Source of the DNA: a virus | IMG/VR virus record: IMGVR_UViG_3300046694_000223 | Span: 1-64,000 of that record | DNA: 64,000 bases | Direction: 5' to 3' (one strand) | Part shown: positions 19,914 through 30,527 of the stretch, one piece after another | Position numbering within the stretch: position 1 is the first letter of the stretch | Layout of the letters: the number at the start of each line of letters is the position of its first letter | Position numbers and translations under genes: made by a program | Notes under the pieces: model-generated | Database searches by the model: none | Told to the model about the DNA's origin: nothing | Seen by the model: only the letters and a program-made list of their open reading frames with translations

Positions 19914-21395
19914 ATGGAGAATAATAATCATAGAAGTTTAATCAAAGAATTAAATGATCTTTATTTTATTCAAAGAGGTCATTACCTAATCCAATACAAA
20001 GACGGATACAGCCAATTTACAGCAGGACAACTTAATAAAAACGGCAAGAAAATTAAATCTATAATGGATTGGCATTTTGAAAATCATCTACTAGGTGAAT
20101 TTACGGTTGGTACATTTGGCGGCAAGGTTATGTCTAAGTTTATGACCTTCGATGTGGATTTCCATGATCTAGAAATGGCGAAATGGATTACATATAAACT
20201 CACCAACACATTAAATAGCGTAGGCATCAATTCATACTATATAAGTTTTAGTGGATCAAAAGGATACCACATTGATATATTTTTCAATGATTTAATCCAA
20301 ATATCTGACGCTGAAAAATTCTTTAACCACGTAATTCATAAATCAGATGTCACTCCCTATTCAGATGAAGGTAATAAAGTTGAGTTTAGAGTAACTGATA
20401 AACAAGGAGTGAAATTACCACTTGGCATTCACCAGAAAACGGGGAATTATTGTGGGTTCTGTCTAATCGAAAATGGGTTAAAGGTAATGAGCAAAAAAGA
20501 AAGTGAACAATATCTATTTTCTATTAAGAAAATTAGTCATACAGAAATATTAAATATAATCGAAGAACATGATGGTATCGAGCTAGTCGATAAGAAAGAA
20601 TTGATAAAAGTTGAAGACGCAATTAGTCCACACACACGATTAAAGAGTTATGAACAGTCTGAAGATTACTCAATTAGTCTAGCCATGGACATCTTACAGA
20701 ATGGCTTAAAGGTTCAAGGAAGCAGACATAAATCTATTTTGCTAATTGGTATGTATTTAAAGTATTCTGGTGTGGAGCAGAATCAATGCAAAGAAGAATT
20801 ACATGCTTGGATGGAATGGCAGGATACAAATACATATACTACTCCTCTACTCAATTGCCACAAAGATATAGACCAGACAGTAAAAGATATTTATGAACGA
20901 AATTACAATTTAAGTTCAAATACTAAGGATATCACAGTTACATATGACGAAATTAAATGGATCATAGAGAACTGTCCTGAGAAGAATCAAAAACTAATTA
21001 CGTATGCAATGTTGATCCACTCTAAACGTCACGCAAATTTAAAAGGTATTTTCTACATGCCATTTAAAGATATTCAAGAAGCAACTGGTCTCTACAATGA
21101 AGCCGTTCAAAATCAAGTAAATAAACTAAGCAAGATGAATGTAATAGAAATTGTAGAAAGAAATAGAAAACCAAAGGGTACTGGATTACAAAAGAAATTG
21201 CCGAATCTTTATAGAATAAATTTCGGTAACATCGAGGAATCACATGAATTAATATCGAAAGTGTCAATCAACAAAGATGACTTATACAAGACTAATGTTT
21301 TAAATAATATTGATTTATGTATGAGGTTTTACTTCACTGATAAAGAGTTAAAGAAGATGCTGACTAGGAATCAGTACACAAGTATTGTTGGTTAA
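19914..21395 (+). CDS. Archaeo-eukaryotic primase (AEP)-type protein with PriCT-like and winged-helix regions, Rep-like
   Basis: FDVD (motif I), SFSGSKGYH (motif II), VKLPLGIHQKTG, GSRH; C-terminal wHTH-like IQEATGL...NKLSKMNVIEI. Confidence 0.75.
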   Translation: MENNNHRSLIKELNDLYFIQRGHYLIQYKDGYSQFTAGQLNKNGKKIKSIMDWHFENHLLGEFTVGTFGGKVMSKFMTFDVDFHDLEMAKWITYKLTNTLNSVGINSYYISFSGSKGYHIDIFFNDLIQISDAEKFFNHVIHKSDVTPYSDEGNKVEFRVTDKQGVKLPLGIHQKTGNYCGFCLIENGLKVMSKKESEQYLFSIKKISHTEILNIIEEHDGIELVDKKELIKVEDAISPHTRLKSYEQSEDYSISLAMDILQNGLKVQGSRHKSILLIGMYLKYSGVEQNQCKEELHAWMEWQDTNTYTTPLLNCHKDIDQTVKDIYERNYNLSSNTKDITVTYDEIKWIIENCPEKNQKLITYAMLIHSKRHANLKGIFYMPFKDIQEATGLYNEAVQNQVNKLSKMNVIEIVERNRKPKGTGLQKKLPNLYRINFGNIEESHELISKVSINKDDLYKTNVLNNIDLCMRFYFTDKELKKMLTRNQYTSIVG

Positions 21396-21463
21396 CAATA
21401 TATATAATCTATTAATACCGATTTGGAACACTTTTTATCATAGAATACAAAGTCAACACAACA

Positions 21464-21505
21464 AACCCCCATTTGGAGATTAATCCATTTGGGGGTTATT
21501 TTTTT
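21464..21505. terminator. Hairpin terminator between convergent late and early units
   Basis: aaccccc...gggggtt followed by a T run. Confidence 0.7.
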
Positions 21506-21581
21506 CTGAGTGGTCTGAAGATGTAATATTAGAGTTGTCATAATAAGCAATAATTATACGCTTTTTCTATAACTCATATGC

Positions 21582-23075
21582 TCAGACCTTTGTATCAATT
21601 ATTAAAGTGATGCTGCCGTCCAATTCTCTTTCGTAATAAACGCGCTCAATGATGATTTTCAATAAACGATTAATCTCCTTAATATCATCAGATTTTCTAA
21701 TTCTGTCTAGTATCGTGAACCTGTTCTTCATTTGAATATTTAAAGCTTCAGGGTTATCTATATTTATTTGCGTCTTAATCTCCGAAATAGATTTATCTAT
21801 ATTCGTAATTTCATCCATAATTGCTTTTTTATTTTCCAGGAATTCAGACTTCTCGAATAATCCATCTAGGAAGCCATCAGATAATTTCTTTAACCGTGAA
21901 GTATATTTAATTCTATTCGCTTCCAAGTCAATCAATTTTTCATTAAGGTCGGTTGTAACATTAGAATCGATACTTCCATTTGAAACCCTGTCCCATTCTT
22001 CTCTCCAATATAATTCTGTGAATCCTAATTCATCATAAAACCTATCTCTAAGAGTTGGTTCAATTACCCCCCTATTACCACACTCACATTTCTTAATAAC
22101 CAGCACATCTTTTCGTTTGGCACTGGATGTATAACCTGTTTTACTATTACACACATTGCAAAATACAAGATCTTTGAGAATTGTTCTGACCATTCCTCTA
22201 GAGCGTGTTCGAGTATCCATGTCACCACTTAAACGACCCTTAATTGCAAGTTGAACTCGGATAAATTGTTCAATGGAGACCAATGCAGGAAATGCATTAT
22301 GTGTTTCAATAATTTCTGAAACTTCCTTTGTATATTTATCTTTGAGTTGAACAACTAAAATACCAAGATATTGTTTGTTATTTAGAATATGGTGAATGGT
22401 TCTAATATACCACTTATTTCCGTAGGCAGACCTGATTCCTCTCTGATCCAACTCTGCCTTGATGTCTCTGAGCGAGTATCCTTCTTCTGCCATCTGAAAC
22501 ATGAGTTGCGCATATTTTGCTTGTTCGTTTGGTACAAGAGTTCTGTGTTTTCTTTTTATAACATCATCCCATACAGCGTCATAACCAAATGGCCCCTGAG
22601 CCGAAACGTAATGCCCAGCCTTGGCTTTATTAATGTATCCATCTCTCATACGGTTGTCTGTTGTTTTAAGCTCGTACACGCCAAGAGAAGAGACCATATC
22701 ATACATTAACCTATGTTCCTTATTCCGTAAATCATACGTTTGAGTTGGTGTAACAATTAAACAGTTTGCTTTTTCAAGTACATCGGCTATCATTTGAGAT
22801 AGGTGTCCTGACCTTGCTAGACGCTGAAGTTCTACTACGACAACCGCATGATATAGACCCGATTCAATATCTCGTAGCATTCGTAATAATTCCGTTCTCT
22901 CTTCAAACTTAGTCCCACCGGACAGGATTTCTTCATAAGTTGAGGATTTGGTATATCTAACGCCTATACGTTTACACAGATCGGTTGTAATAGTGCGGTG
23001 ATTCGTTAGTGTAGAATCGGTATCTCCATCCGACCTAGACTTTCTGTTAAAGATACATACAAGTTCATTTGCCAC
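21582..23075 (-). CDS. Large serine recombinase (integrase, SprA-like position)
   Basis: N-terminal RKS catalytic motif, ELQRLAR, PFGY, recombinase domain ILNNKQYLG, zinc ribbon CNVC...CECG, coiled coil. Confidence 0.92.
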   Translation of the reverse strand: MANELVCIFNRKSRSDGDTDSTLTNHRTITTDLCKRIGVRYTKSSTYEEILSGGTKFEERTELLRMLRDIESGLYHAVVVVELQRLARSGHLSQMIADVLEKANCLIVTPTQTYDLRNKEHRLMYDMVSSLGVYELKTTDNRMRDGYINKAKAGHYVSAQGPFGYDAVWDDVIKRKHRTLVPNEQAKYAQLMFQMAEEGYSLRDIKAELDQRGIRSAYGNKWYIRTIHHILNNKQYLGILVVQLKDKYTKEVSEIIETHNAFPALVSIEQFIRVQLAIKGRLSGDMDTRTRSRGMVRTILKDLVFCNVCNSKTGYTSSAKRKDVLVIKKCECGNRGVIEPTLRDRFYDELGFTELYWREEWDRVSNGSIDSNVTTDLNEKLIDLEANRIKYTSRLKKLSDGFLDGLFEKSEFLENKKAIMDEITNIDKSISEIKTQINIDNPEALNIQMKNRFTILDRIRKSDDIKEINRLLKIIIERVYYERELDGSITLIIDTKV

Positions 23076-23120
23076 TTTTATTCACTCTCCAAAAATATCT
23101 ATGAATCTATTCTATCAAAA

Positions 23121-23164
23121 ACTTACGTAAGTGTATATGGTGGAGCAAATAATTTTACATAAGT
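23121..23164. other. Candidate attP site
   Basis: acttacgtaa-N24-ttacataagt imperfect inverted repeat (9/10) just upstream of the integrase. Confidence 0.55.
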
Positions 23165-23182
23165 CTTGAAGTAACATAAATA

Positions 23183-23208
23183 AAGCCCTACTCTCTAGGA
23201 GTAAGGCA
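23183..23208 (-). terminator. Terminator ending the early/replication transcript
   Basis: Minus strand gccttactc-ctaga-gagtagggc then tttattt. Confidence 0.65.
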
Positions 23209-23346
23209 ATAAATCTTAACTAGTATTTCTTTTGATTCTTTTCCACGTCCCTTTTCTTTGACTACCTTCTTGAATTCATCCCATAGATTTTTAATAATCG
23301 GATTAAACTCATATTTTTTGAGACTATCAATCTTTTTTACATCCAT
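23188..23346 (-). CDS. 52-aa protein not in the ORF track; candidate recombination directionality factor
   Basis: GGAGG RBS, MDVKKIDSLKKYEFNPIIKNLWDEFKKVVKEK...; last gene before the candidate attP. Confidence 0.5.
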   Translation of the reverse strand: MDVKKIDSLKKYEFNPIIKNLWDEFKKVVKEKGRGKESKEILVKIYCLTPRE

Positions 23347-23890
23347 ATGTATCAATAGCCTCCGTAATAAACTCCTTCATATGATAGTGATAATTTACTT
23401 GCTTCTTAAATCCTTTAATTTCAATTCCAATCTCTTCACAGATACCAATCGGAATACTTGATTTATTAATTTTATTTATATATTTATTCTCTTTAATTTG
23501 ATTTTGTGCTACATTTTGATACTCTACGAACTCTTTAATTGGGATAAAGAAAACTCGATTTGACGGTTCTCTAAAATTCATTACAAAACCAGAGATAACA
23601 TTTTCATATGTATTTGCCTCTAACAACTTATCAATCTGATGTTGCTTAATAATACTTTTATCAAAACTGAATCGGTTCTCTTTTGTTGATTTTAACTCAA
23701 GCGTAAATAAATGAGATCGAGCGAACATCATGCAGTCATAATCATTCTTGGTTACTCTAACTCTTTGGCGAAGGTCAGGTGGTATAAAGGTATCTTTAAT
23801 TCTTATAAATAATATCTTTTCGTCACATTGCTTAACTGATTCTTGAAGATTATCCTCGAATACCTTGCCTGGATTCTTTTTTACAACCAT
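23327..23890 (-). CDS. recU: RecU-like Holliday junction resolvase
   Basis: GKVFE, DCMMF...LELKST and IKQHQI PD-(D/E)xK pattern. Confidence 0.8.
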   Translation of the reverse strand: MVVKKNPGKVFEDNLQESVKQCDEKILFIRIKDTFIPPDLRQRVRVTKNDYDCMMFARSHLFTLELKSTKENRFSFDKSIIKQHQIDKLLEANTYENVISGFVMNFREPSNRVFFIPIKEFVEYQNVAQNQIKENKYINKINKSSIPIGICEEIGIEIKGFKKQVNYHYHMKEFITEAIDTYGCKKD

Positions 23891-23905
23891 TTATGTATTA
23901 GTCTC

Positions 23906-24163
23906 CTATTCCTCATTAACAATCTCGTCTAAAGTCACAACTCTCGCTTGCACAGCATCCTTGATACACTGCCTATCATCATGTACACACATGCCATAAA
24001 TATCTAAAATTTCACCTTCAGCAACATCGCTCAATGAAACTTCTTCCCCACATCCTGCACAGGTAGAATAATTAGTCACCTCCTTATCTTGTGGGTCAGG
24101 GAACGATAACTTGTGATATAGAGTTTCAAATCTATCAAAATTGTTCATTTTGTTCATCCTCAA
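23906..24163 (-). CDS. Small Cys-containing hypothetical protein
   Basis: DPQD...CAGCGEE...CVHDD..C. Confidence 0.55.
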   Translation of the reverse strand: MRMNKMNNFDRFETLYHKLSFPDPQDKEVTNYSTCAGCGEEVSLSDVAEGEILDIYGMCVHDDRQCIKDAVQARVVTLDEIVNEE

Positions 24164-24297
24164 GAATTAGAGACAGAGCATAGGTTACCATCTCTTTATA
24201 TTCTTCTGTAGAAACGTTGCGTTCGAGTATTGATTCAATGTGTTTTTTATCTAGCGGATTGTCCATTCTTATTCATCCTTTTTAATATATTTATTAC

Positions 24298-27200
24298 TTA
24301 ATTTATTTTTTTTCTTTCGGTTTCAACTTTTATCGAACCGTCCTTACCAATTGCAGTTATAAGCATTGTTGTGTGCTTAACATTGGTATCTTTGTATCGA
24401 TGTGGCTTAAACTGTGCTCCTCTACGGTATCCACATAACACCAGTTTATTTCCCCTAGCAAACCAAGTCTTTTCTACAATCTGCTTTCCTCCATCGGGTT
24501 TTGGTTTAGACACTTGCTTATTGTAGTACGCAAATTCACCATCAGAAAATTTAAGTGTCACTACTCCATCAGTTGTTAGAAGGGCTACAGTGTGTTTGTT
24601 CTTGTCCTTGTCTAATACGGTTCCGGTAATAAAATCAAGTTTGAACTTAGGTCTGCTATTACCATTTCTAAATGTCATCGTTGAAGCAACTATTGGTTCT
24701 TCAGGCAGATCTCCAAATTTACTGATTCCATAACGTGTATAGTCGATGTGTTCAAGTTCATGTTCTGTATAATAGAATGACAATGAATCCATTTCCCACT
24801 TGCTAACTGTGCCTTCGGCAACTGATTCCCATTCCATTTCATATTGCTTGGTATTAAATTGCTCTAGGGTTTCAGGAAGTGACAGCCACTCTCTAATTCC
24901 ATCCATTTTCTTATCGTATTCTTTTTTAAATACATTCTCGCTGATCACTGGGAAGTTGCCACTGTACTCTTTAATTCCCTGGTCAGAGAAATTCTCATAA
25001 TAAAATGGAGTAGAAATCTTATCTAGTGCATAATACTTGTCTTTATCAACTTTTCTATGTATTTTCTTCATTACATACTTTCTGAAATTGAAGAGCTTAG
25101 AATACTGTTGCATCTCTTGAGGGATAAGCCCACATTCAATTACAGCGTTCAGGTTCTGAAGATTTAGTTTTTCTTTTGGTATGTAGAGTTTGTTTACAAA
25201 AGTCTTCATTACTGAAATACGATCCCCGAATGTCTCGAAACACCCTGCTTTAATTAGTTGAATTAACTGAGCTTTCTTGATAATGGAAGTATCATACATT
25301 CGTACCAAGAAATCATCAAATGAAGTGTATGGACGATTCTGAATAATATGCTGTACGACATCATCTCCAATACCATTAATACCTTTTAATCCAAAAATGA
25401 TTTGATCCTCTACTAAGTCAGGTTTAAATCCGAAATGTGCTTTATTGATATTGGGTAAACCAATCTTAACTCCATGACTTTGCATACTGCCAATTGCTGA
25501 AGCAATCTTTCCATAGTTGGTGGATTGAGATTTAGAATCTTCGTCTTCGTCATCTATTGATGCTGAGTTAACTGTGAGACATGCGGTTCTCCAATAGATA
25601 GGATCATAATTAATGTTGAGATTGGCTTCTTGTAGCGCGATTACAGAATATGCAAGTGTATGCAAAATACTAAACGAATATCCAAGCTGTCGTACTATTT
25701 GAACATTCCATACATAATCCAGCATCTCAACACGATTGCCTAGTTCTAATCCTTTTTTGTAAAACTTCGCTTTGATTTCTTCAATTTCTTCAGCTTTCTT
25801 CTTCGCAATAATTTTACGTAATTTGTTTGCTTCTTGAATAGAAAATCCAGCAATAGCCTTATCCATTGACAGAAGCATAATAGATTCTTGTGTGTCGGCA
25901 ACTCCATTGAGTGAAAGTAAATGTTTCTCTAAAACTTTGATTTCTTCATCGCTTAAGTTGTGCTTATGCATCTCTTCATACCATAGTGAGATGTCATTTT
26001 TAAATCTTATAAAACTGTCAATTGGAGTTTCCATCCCATGACCGCCACCCATTAGTCTCATCAATGAATTGGCAGATGCAAGTTCAATTAGATTGGCTGG
26101 TTTGGTTCGCTTAACAGTTTGAATGCCAATTTCTGTTGAAAATTGAAACAAATCAGTAATACTATCGGAACCAATTAAGTCGTAAACGTGTGGGCTTTTT
26201 ATATCTATTACAGTGGGATGTAGATACTTGTTATATGTTTTTCGTATTGTTCCTTGCCACTCAATTAAGTTATCTTCTAGAAGCATATCTAACGCCACAC
26301 GAATTTTATCTAGGCCTTCTATCGTCAAAAGATCAAATTTCATGTTGGACACAGCTTCACAATCTTCAAGACTAAACTGAGTAACATGTGTTCCATTGGG
26401 TGCTGTCATAATAGCGTTTGTTTTGTAGTACTCTTCGTTAAAAAGAATAGCACCACTGGCATGTATACTCCGCTTATTAACAAGTCCTTCAATCTTCATG
26501 GAAACATTAAGCCAGTTCTCGTGCTTATTTATTCCATCAATAAACTCTTGTACTGGTTTACGTTCTTTTTCTTCATTACCATTTACACAATCAGATAGAG
26601 TCCAGTTACTACCACGTTCAAATGGTATAAGGCCTGATATATGCATTGCAGTATCGTTATCAATGCCAAGACCTCTAGCAGCACTTTGAACGGCAGACTT
26701 GGAAGCCTCTGTTCCGAATGTACAAACCTGCAATACTCTGTCTTCGCCAAAGTGCTTTTTTAATTGTCTAAATATTTGTCCTCGTTTTGCGGCTTCAGTG
26801 TCAATATCAATATCGGGAAATTCGGGTCTTTCTGCTGTTAAGTGTCTCCAGTGAGGCATTTCAATCCCATACTCCAGTGGATTGATTTGAGTTATTCCCA
26901 TCAGGAAACATACAATCCATCCAGCCGAAGAACCACGGGAAGGGCCAACCAAACTATCTCCACATTCATCGTCCCATATTACATTAACAATCTCACGAAC
27001 CGTTATGTAGTAACTCGCTACAGATTGATTGACTACTTGTGATGTCTTCCACAATTCGCCTAATTCAATATCAATTCGAGCAGCAACTTGATGAAGTTTT
27101 TCTTTAGAATATGTATTATAAGGCAGTAATTCGTAAAACCCATCTTCGATCAATTTGACTATGTATCTATCTTGTGAGTTATCAGAATGAGCCATCTTAT

Positions 27201-28239
27201 TTATGTATTCGTATTTATCATAGATTGATTTAAACAATCCCCTAAGTTCAAATTCAGGCAGTTCGATTTTGGGAATAATAGTTGGCTTTAGTAGTGTGTA
27301 TTCTTCAATCTTGTTTCCAATTTCCATTGTATTGTCTAATGCAATTTTGATTACGTCATGATCCAAGTAACTTAAACGTTCTGTGATTTCTTCTTTAGTT
27401 TGAACAAATGTTGCTTCATAAAATGAATCGACTTCACGTTCAGCGTCTTTTGCATTGAGAAATGCTCTGTGAACAACTCGATCATCTGGACGTAAGAAAT
27501 GGCTATCTGTTGTGATTATGTATTTGAGATTATAAATCGCTGCAAGCTTAAGTAATTCTTTATTACAAAAAATTTGTTCGTCTGAATATGCTGGTTGAAG
27601 CTCCAGATAGAAGTCTTCTCTTCCAAATACACCAATACACCAGTCAGTGAAATCACACGCTTTTTTATAGCTTTCGTCTGCTTTATTTTTATCATTGTTT
27701 TCTAGATGAATTTTCATTTCAAGTAAATAAATACAATGAGGAGAACCAAGACATGCGCTTGAAGCGATCAAATGTCCCGGATCTCTTTTGGTGATGGATT
27801 CAACCAAACGGCGTTCGGTAGGTGTTCTTAACATTGGCCCTGTGTAAAACGAACTAATCCATGCCTGAGAACTCATATAGCGAATTTGCTCATGCCCGAT
27901 TTCATCCTTGGCAAGCAAAAGAAAATGTGGAAATTTTGTGACTCCAGATTTATAGTTATTTTTACTGTCTTCTGTGCTTTCAACTAAATAAATCTCATTT
28001 CCCAAGATGAGTTTAAAGTCTTCTGATATCTTACCTTTTTCTTTTAAATTGGTGACTGTCTGGATAGCCTTTACGTGGGCGCTTATGGACTCATGATCTG
28101 TTATGGCTACTCCCTTATGACCCATATCGTATGCAGTTTGTATAAGCCCTTCTACAGTGTTTGTGGTATCACGTAGCTTGAGGTTTGATCCTCTATCGAT
28201 ATGATTATGAAGTAAAATTGAATCACATTGGTTACACAA
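24298..28239 (-). CDS. dnaE: DNA polymerase III alpha subunit (phage DnaE, YorL-like)
   Basis: PHP domain (AITDHE, TTDSH), RGSSAG, PDIDID, SIHASG, KFDLL, YSFSILH; uninterrupted 1313 aa. Confidence 0.96.
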   Translation of the reverse strand: MCNQCDSILLHNHIDRGSNLKLRDTTNTVEGLIQTAYDMGHKGVAITDHESISAHVKAIQTVTNLKEKGKISEDFKLILGNEIYLVESTEDSKNNYKSGVTKFPHFLLLAKDEIGHEQIRYMSSQAWISSFYTGPMLRTPTERRLVESITKRDPGHLIASSACLGSPHCIYLLEMKIHLENNDKNKADESYKKACDFTDWCIGVFGREDFYLELQPAYSDEQIFCNKELLKLAAIYNLKYIITTDSHFLRPDDRVVHRAFLNAKDAEREVDSFYEATFVQTKEEITERLSYLDHDVIKIALDNTMEIGNKIEEYTLLKPTIIPKIELPEFELRGLFKSIYDKYEYINKMAHSDNSQDRYIVKLIEDGFYELLPYNTYSKEKLHQVAARIDIELGELWKTSQVVNQSVASYYITVREIVNVIWDDECGDSLVGPSRGSSAGWIVCFLMGITQINPLEYGIEMPHWRHLTAERPEFPDIDIDTEAAKRGQIFRQLKKHFGEDRVLQVCTFGTEASKSAVQSAARGLGIDNDTAMHISGLIPFERGSNWTLSDCVNGNEEKERKPVQEFIDGINKHENWLNVSMKIEGLVNKRSIHASGAILFNEEYYKTNAIMTAPNGTHVTQFSLEDCEAVSNMKFDLLTIEGLDKIRVALDMLLEDNLIEWQGTIRKTYNKYLHPTVIDIKSPHVYDLIGSDSITDLFQFSTEIGIQTVKRTKPANLIELASANSLMRLMGGGHGMETPIDSFIRFKNDISLWYEEMHKHNLSDEEIKVLEKHLLSLNGVADTQESIMLLSMDKAIAGFSIQEANKLRKIIAKKKAEEIEEIKAKFYKKGLELGNRVEMLDYVWNVQIVRQLGYSFSILHTLAYSVIALQEANLNINYDPIYWRTACLTVNSASIDDEDEDSKSQSTNYGKIASAIGSMQSHGVKIGLPNINKAHFGFKPDLVEDQIIFGLKGINGIGDDVVQHIIQNRPYTSFDDFLVRMYDTSIIKKAQLIQLIKAGCFETFGDRISVMKTFVNKLYIPKEKLNLQNLNAVIECGLIPQEMQQYSKLFNFRKYVMKKIHRKVDKDKYYALDKISTPFYYENFSDQGIKEYSGNFPVISENVFKKEYDKKMDGIREWLSLPETLEQFNTKQYEMEWESVAEGTVSKWEMDSLSFYYTEHELEHIDYTRYGISKFGDLPEEPIVASTMTFRNGNSRPKFKLDFITGTVLDKDKNKHTVALLTTDGVVTLKFSDGEFAYYNKQVSKPKPDGGKQIVEKTWFARGNKLVLCGYRRGAQFKPHRYKDTNVKHTTMLITAIGKDGSIKVETERKKIN

Positions 28240-28253
28240 TTATTGATCATCTC

Positions 28254-29059
28254 CTACTTTTCAAATTTCTCTTCTTGCTCGTTGTGTGCCAACATCTGTT
28301 CAATAGCAGTTTTAAGTTGTTTAAGTTCTCCCTCCTCAAGAAACATCTGAGTCATTTGATATTCTCCATCAAAATTTTGAATTCCGTCTCTTCTGAGGGA
28401 GAGCACGTATTTTCTTGTTGATTTGTCTTTTAGTTTTTGTTCAACCAAGAATAAGTTATCTTTATTAGAACTGAAATTTAACTTTCCTTTTTTATATGTA
28501 TGGTTATTCCCTCCTGTTTTCTCAAGGGTAAGTAGGGTTTTTCTAATCGATTAAGTTTTAAATTTATACTAAACATAACATTTCTCCTCTCGTTTCTTCA
28601 TCAAATATTGATATTATCAAAAATTACAGCGATCATTTTTTCTACTCTCTAACAACCCATTCACCAATAGAGAAATAACCTTCATAATCTTGATAATAGC
28701 TCGGATTTTTATATTTACTCTGTAATTCATATGCAAGAGTTCTTTTACATTTAATAGCCGAAATTTCAGAAGAAAAAATACCTCTAATCTCTTTGTGTGT
28801 ATCATCTATCCACTTATAAACGATATGCACTTTATTCATAAAACACCTCTTTCATTTGTTATTTTTTATATTCATTATTAAACTTGTGAATCAATTCAAG
28901 CCATGTATTATCTTCGATAAAAAATATATCTTGATTTTTATACACACAATTAATGTTAGTAATTAGTTGCCCAAGTCTTAAATCAGGGAATTCACTCCAG
29001 CATTCTGCTAAGGCGGTGCATATTCTTTCTATTCTTTCTATTCTTTCTGGATCTCGCAT
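28254..29059 (-). CDS. Cluster of three small hypothetical genes (ending at 28254, 28642 and 28859)
   Basis: Each has an RBS; MRDPERI...PDLRLGQL is a recurrent small phage protein pattern. Confidence 0.55.
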
Positions 29060-29115
29060 TCAATATCATCTCCTTTTTTATTTTGATTGATTTATATGTA
29101 TCAAGTAGGCATAGC

Positions 29116-29412
29116 CTACTCGGTAATAAACTTATTTAGCGCTGCTTCTAGTTCATCCTCATCGTCAGTCTCTATCTTCTCTAGTTGAACTTTTTGATCA
29201 ATTGTTACTGCAACTTCACTATTTTCTTCTTCGACCAATACCTGACTTCCAAGTAATTGTGGAACTCTTCCTTTGTGACCAAACAGAAATTGTCTTAATG
29301 CTTCTCTGAGGATATCGCTCTCATCATAATACGAAGGTAAGTTACTAAGGGCCTTCTTTATGTCTTCATCCTTTTTGGGTCTCAGCCTAGCCATTACAAC
29401 TTTTACCCCCAT
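29116..29412 (-). CDS. ParR-like ribbon-helix-helix adaptor
   Basis: ARLR..KDEDIKKAL...SDILREALRQF with acidic tail; overlaps the stop of the actin-like gene. Confidence 0.65.
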   Translation of the reverse strand: MGVKVVMARLRPKKDEDIKKALSNLPSYYDESDILREALRQFLFGHKGRVPQLLGSQVLVEEENSEVAVTIDQKVQLEKIETDDEDELEAALNKFITE

Positions 29413-30362
29413 AATCTCACCCCAACATTCTCGTACCCTTCAATCTGAGCAAGTTGACCAAACAACATCTTATTGTTTAGAGTGAGCAGATCGTATATGT
29501 GCTTTGATGCGCCACCACCGATAAAATAATGGTCAAAGTTGATATTTAATCCTTCAACTTCATTTTGAATTTGAATGGCTAATGCCTGGAACGCTTTTCT
29601 AATTAAAGGTTTGATATTGTATCCCTCATACGATCCTGATCTTACGTACTGATCCAGCTCATAAATCGATGGAGATTTCCCCACATGTTCTATGAGGTAT
29701 TTTCTAAGCAACTTATAAGCCTTTTCAACACCCAATAATAGGCTAGTTGATTCTTTCATGATGTCTAACTTATCAAGTCCCAATAAATTCAGTGTGTAGA
29801 AACCTATATCTATAACGAGTATCTTTTTTCTTGCAACAAATGTGTTAATGAGTTTGCCTTGTTTATCTAAAAGAAAACTCATTGCAATCCCATATCCCTG
29901 CGGATATATTTTATATTTATTTATATTGAGATTTATATCGTTTATTTCTCGATTTCCTTTTTTAATACTATATGTACTTTGGTCTGATAAGGAATCAAGC
30001 AACTTCTCCATGTCTACCATTTGTTTAAAGTAGAACAAAACAGGTAATCCAGTGATCATATTAAATGGTTTGCTTTTGTTGAGATAACCAAGTGCAGTTT
30101 TCAGTAGAACGTCTGAAGTCATCGCTTCACTTTTATTGTCCTTAAGCGAGAAATACTTGATGTCGCTATAATGTTGTGCCAATTCTCCAATAAATAGCTC
30201 ATCATTGTATGAGAAGTAATTAGATTTGATATTCTGCTCAAACATGGGTTGTGGTTCACCAGTTATTGAAGGTTGAAGATAGACCGTCTTGCCTTTCTTG
30301 GCCTTCGTGTAGCTAAATCCTAAATCGATCACGCTTAGTTCAGGTGTTACAATTAAAGACAT
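29403..30362 (-). CDS. parM: ParM/StbA-family actin-like ATPase
   Basis: IDLGFSYTK (phosphate 1), TGLP, PQG, VIDIGFYT (phosphate 2), IGGGA (adenosine). Confidence 0.88.
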   Translation of the reverse strand: MSLIVTPELSVIDLGFSYTKAKKGKTVYLQPSITGEPQPMFEQNIKSNYFSYNDELFIGELAQHYSDIKYFSLKDNKSEAMTSDVLLKTALGYLNKSKPFNMITGLPVLFYFKQMVDMEKLLDSLSDQSTYSIKKGNREINDINLNINKYKIYPQGYGIAMSFLLDKQGKLINTFVARKKILVIDIGFYTLNLLGLDKLDIMKESTSLLLGVEKAYKLLRKYLIEHVGKSPSIYELDQYVRSGSYEGYNIKPLIRKAFQALAIQIQNEVEGLNINFDHYFIGGGASKHIYDLLTLNNKMLFGQLAQIEGYENVGVRLWG

Positions 30363-30435
30363 GATATAACCTCCTCATATGCTTAATGCAAAGTAAATCA
30401 TTTTGATGTACTTGTCATACAAACCTTATAAGTTG

Positions 30436-30444
30436 ATTATATCA
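30436..30444 (-). promoter_or_regulatory. Extended -10 promoter for parM-parR
   Basis: Minus strand TGATATAAT about 75 bp upstream of parM. Confidence 0.5.
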
Positions 30445-30527
30445 TGTATATGGTTATCTGTATATATTTATTCATTAAATATTATTCCTCATGAAATGGT
30501 TCTTTTAATTAGTAATAACTTGGGACT

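Noticed and set aside
24298-28239. Intein in DnaE
   Set aside because: Length and motif spacing fit an uninterrupted phage DnaE; no intein splice motifs seen.
30363-30480. parC iteron array upstream of parM
   Set aside because: No convincing regularly spaced direct repeats visible by eye.
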